Shown here: one piece after another, positions 60,152 through 64,000 of the stretch
Position numbering within the stretch: the first letter of the stretch is position 1
Layout: every line of letters starts with the position of its first letter
Assembly (NCBI GenBank): GCA_963693365.1
Contig: CAVNZM010000004.1
Span: 888,448 to 952,447 of the forward strand
Direction: 5' to 3'
Length of the DNA stretch: 64,000 bases
DNA from: Amoebidium appalachense
Taxonomy: Eukaryota; Protista; Ichthyosporea
Notes under the pieces: model-generated
Seen by the model: the letters and a program-made list of their open reading frames with translations, nothing else
Databases searched by the model: none
Told to the model about the DNA's origin: nothing
Position numbers and translations under genes: made by a program

Positions 60152-62399
60152 TGTCATGTGCTGAGCTGATTCGTATTAGTTTGCTTCTATATCTTTTGTT
60201 TTGGTGAGTGAATTTCGGTGGTTTTCTTGCACAGTGATTCCGGGGTCTAAGTGGAGTATGGGGAGATCATTCAGTGGTATGGGGAGAATCTGATGCAGCG
60301 GCGGCTGACTGTTTAGTGCGCGCATGTGCATGCTCCATGCCTCTGCGTACTCTTCATGTTATATGTTGTATTCACTTCCAAGCTTGCTGTGTGCTTGGCG
60401 AGACCCATGTTGCCTGCTCGCGTGTGTGTATGCTTATATGTATTGTGAGTAAAGGTGTGTACGTGTTGTAGTGAGGCTGTAGGGGTGTCTGAGGTGGCGG
60501 TAGCCAATGGTGTGGAGTGCGTGTAGCCTGTGGGGGAGGGAGTGTTGTGATTGGCTGAATGTCACTGTGGTATTTGTCTGGCCAGTGGGCCGCGTGTCTG
60601 TGAAGTGTCTCGCGGGGTCGCGGGCTTTTCGAAGTTCTTCTGAGAACACGTTTTGCTCGCTTCCCACCCAACTCAAAGAAAAGTTTAAACGTATACACAG
60701 TTTCAAAAGCCCCTTTAAGCGTGCAGTTAGTTAGAGTGGTTCGTACCTCCACCACGACAAGCTACACCCCCTTTCTCTGCAGTTTTTTGCAGGGAGGGGG
60801 CACACGCACTGTTAGTCCTTCTGGGCTGTTGCTTTCACACCTAGTTTTTTTTTCACGACTAGAGGTTATGAGTGGTTTTGACTTAGGACTTTTTCGACGG
60901 TTAGAGGTAGAAGAAACATACGCGCACACACAGCTACAGCTAGCAACAGTTGGCATAGACAACATGAGCAGTAGGACTAGTATCACAGGGGACTTAGTCC
61001 TCACTAAGGACCTTGACCTCCCTAGGTGGCTTAGCAAGCTCAGGGCCGTTTGCCCAGCAGAGGCCACTGAGGGGAAAGACGTCCAAACCTCTCGAAGGAT
61101 GGCCAAACTCATCATGAACACGGTGGGCTCCTCAATGCTGGAGTTCCAGAAAGTGCTTGTGAAGCACACGACTGCCTACCGACGAGCCGTCTGTGCGCAC
61201 GGTTGCGTACGCCCGCACAATCATGATGGCGGGTGGAGCCCGCAACCCGGCCGCACTCCAGCTGGCCGCCCGCTACGAAGCAGCCAACGCACAGGTGCCT
61301 ATTGTTACGGGCGGCTCCGGGGACGTGGTTGAGGTTTTGCGCCCCGAGAATGAGCAAGTTGAGTGGCTCGACAGGGCGGTGGCCAAGTACCTGGACGACA
61401 GACGATGACGGGAGTTTGACGCTGATCTCAGACAAGCTAAGTTTACTTACTCCCCCCAGGCCTCACCATGTCTGTGACCGAAGCTAGAACCCACTTTGAG
61501 CTGTTCGAAGAAAATTTTCGTGCTCTTGTGTTTCTTGCTGGGTTGGGGAATGATGCTCGCGGAATGTTTCATGCTGCTCGCTCTCTGTTTTTAGATAGCA
61601 GACGAGGGGGCTGGGGGGGGGGGGGGGGGGTCGAGGTGTAGTCATGGCAGTGGCAGGCCCCCACTGTTGTGAACCCCCGTCGTCGAAGGGCCGCTGAGGC
61701 CCCTTGGAGTGGCTGCCCTGCCAGTGGGCCTCAGGCTGGTGTTGAGGCCCTTTGGAGTGGCTGCCCGTAGTGTTGTTGAGTACTAGTTGTGGTTCCCAGT
61801 GCAGCAGTGGCCTTAGACACACCGCTGGGTAGGGCACGGTTGGGGCGGAGGCATTCCCAAACCACCGGGAGTTACGTAGTAAGAGTCTTTGTCGGGTAGA
61901 GGAATGGCCAGCAAGAGAGTCTGGAGGTGTACGTACGTCACATGAGTCTGGAGGTGTTCGTCAGGGCATGTTTGGTTTTGCTAGGAATTCTTTGTGGATG
62001 GGGCATGCTGAGTGTTGTATGGATGACGTCTGGTATCATGTCTGTTGCTATGTTCCACTCGATATAACATTGTGCCAGGGGCATGGGGTTCAAGTTTTGG
62101 GTGCAGGTTGTGGACGGGGGCAGAGGTGCATCAACAGGGCAACGTCAGTGGCGGTTCATATCCTTGTTTTGGGGTTGGGTTGGGTACTAACCATGCTGGG
62201 GTGGTGCGTGGATGCATGTATATGTTTTATGTTATATGTTAAATGTTGCTTCCTGCATGGGTAGCGGTAGTTGTAGTCACTGTCGCTCAGCAGATAACTT
62301 TATTTTGTTTTTAGGTAGTTTTTACTGAGGTGGAACTCAGTTATTTTCTGTGCGAGGGGGAGTTGTCATGTGCTGAGCTGATTCGTATACACAGTTTCA
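60152..62399 (+). mobile_element. Non-autonomous LTR retroelement: 554-bp 5' LTR (60152-60705), decayed gag-like ORF from 60964, PPT (~62354-62362), 36-bp internally deleted 3' LTR (62364-62399)
   Basis: TG...CA LTR ends; gagggggag precedes a second TGTCATGTGCTGAGCTGATTCGTAT fused to ACACAGTTTCA; gag-like PRWLSKLRAV...AKLIMNTVGSSM; no TSD found. Confidence 0.85.
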
Positions 62400-64000
62400 A
62401 CCCCTATGCCAAACAATGACACGATCGCCATTATGAATCTCCCGCCAACTTGAACAGCGGCGCCAATCTGGCTCTAGAATCTTCTAAGGGATTCCGGAAA
62501 CTGAGAAATCCATCAGATTCCAGCAAAATCTAGAACCATCTAGATTGATCATCCCAGAAGAGTCTAGTTTCATATAGAATTCCCAAGCAGATTTTCAGGC
62601 TCGCCGCCGCTTAAGCAATAACACGGTCGCCGACAGTCCTCTACGCCAGTCGCGTGCCGACGTTAAAAAGTTAAGTCCCACAGGGCACAGAATCGCGGAA
62701 CGGTTCCAAAAGCAATCCGGTTTCACAAATCGGGCTGATCTGGCCCAATCAACGGGCCCAAAACGAGCGAATTTAGTAATCATTAAAGGCTATTTACAGC
62801 GCCTTATCAATCTGCCGGGAAAGTGTTTTGACGGACATGACGTCATCAGGCACGGGGCAAGTAAAGCCAACTTTTGGAAGGTGTGACGTCATGGCATTCC
62901 ACAGTTTTATGGGCTTTCCAAAGTTTACTTGAGCCGATGCAAACGACGTGCAGTAACCAACATGGCGCTTGATGGTTTTGACATTCTATCATATGATTGG
63001 CTATCTCATGCTTTGCCCACGCTCCTGGGCCACGATGCAGCCGGGGTCAGGGTACGTCCGGGTGCGTCCATGGGCATGCGGGAGTTCTTGGGTTATGTTA
63101 GTTCCAGTCGATACAGTGGAAAGCCTAAAGCTGTGCGTGACCTACCCATTTAACTGCTTTTTACACTTGAAACACAAATCAAAAACACGGGGTTGCCCTA
63201 TATTGAGAATTAAAAAATAAGTGAAACTTATTATAAAAGTATTTGTTGCCGGAGTGTCAAGGTAGGGCACCCCCGCGTTTTTCCTGTATTGTTGATAATG
63301 CTTATATATAAGAGAGAGTGGCCGGATTCCGTGAAGGGACTTTTGCCCTACCTCCATTCCAAGGCGAATTTTCGATCCGGGGACACCTATCTAACAACCA
63401 ATATGACGACATCTGGTTGGCTGAGAATCATGTCACTGTTTTACAGTTCTCTGTATCCCGCTCTTAGCGCACTAGTTTCCGAATGATGCCCGAAAAATGC
63501 ACGAAAATACAGAAACTCGTTTCTTTATAAGTAATGGGGCCGGGGGGGGCATGCGGTGTAAAACGTCTTGGATCCCACTGATATTTTCAACTTTCAGATT
63601 GTGTGGAAACACCGTTGTCTTGAACAGCATGATTACCGACAAACTGCCGAGGATCCAGTCTTCCAGTCTTCATTTCCTTCTCTCTAGCTCTGTCGACGTC
63701 TCGTGCCCCAACTGCCGACACTCAGGCCGTGAGTGCCCGCCTGTGTGGCACTACCGACAACGACTGATGTGTGACTGTCTGATGAAAGAACAACTAAAGT
63801 GATCGGCCTACTACCCCCGGGCCCTAAACCGCATGGTTCGAGTGGTTTCAAGTGACGTTGTGCACCCCTTGCATGGACTTGGCTGTTGGCATTCATACCA
63901 TATTTTTGGAACTGGCGCACATATTTAAGTATACGTAATCGTTATGACCTTTTCCAGTTATTTAAGTTATTAAAATCCTCTATTACATCTCAATCCTGAT

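Noticed and set aside
62830-63800. CTGATGA cores suggesting hammerhead ribozymes (also ~7223, ~28700)
   Set aside because: No stem II followed by GAAA in the right position
63497-63802. ORF with CPNC...ECP resembling a zinc finger
   Set aside because: Too short and unsupported by splice signals or further motifs

Overview
Intron-rich eukaryotic genomic DNA. It is probably from a unicellular opisthokont/holozoan, which I infer only from the H2B sequence and gene content. The window is saturated with ~20-35 nt poly-G/poly-C tracts and (CA)n/(GA)n microsatellites, so most of the supplied ORFs are low-complexity artefacts. Manual splicing recovers seven host genes: the 3' end of a coiled-coil gene (+), a divergent Rel/velvet-like Ig-fold transcription factor (-), a secreted protein with a tandemly triplicated exon (+), a TDRD3-like OB-fold gene (-), an intronless histone H2B (-), a sarcosine-oxidase-like FAD oxidoreductase divergent from H2B (+), and an 11-exon SLC35F5-like transporter (-). 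The last ~13 kb is a nest of mobile-element remnants: a DUF6729-type transposon ORF end with a fold-back duplication, a Tudor-like fragment, two oppositely oriented LTRs, a LINE (ORF1 + APE endonuclease) and a non-autonomous LTR element with a 36-bp collapsed 3' LTR. The most interesting unexplained signals are: (i) introns with nested complementary repeats that could fold the splice sites together; (ii) a ~100-bp G-tract-flanked dispersed element always in the same orientation relative to host transcription; (iii) a fold-back MITE with AG...CT ends, a 6-bp TSD and an internal 20-bp palindromic array. All homology calls are from motif recognition, not database searches.
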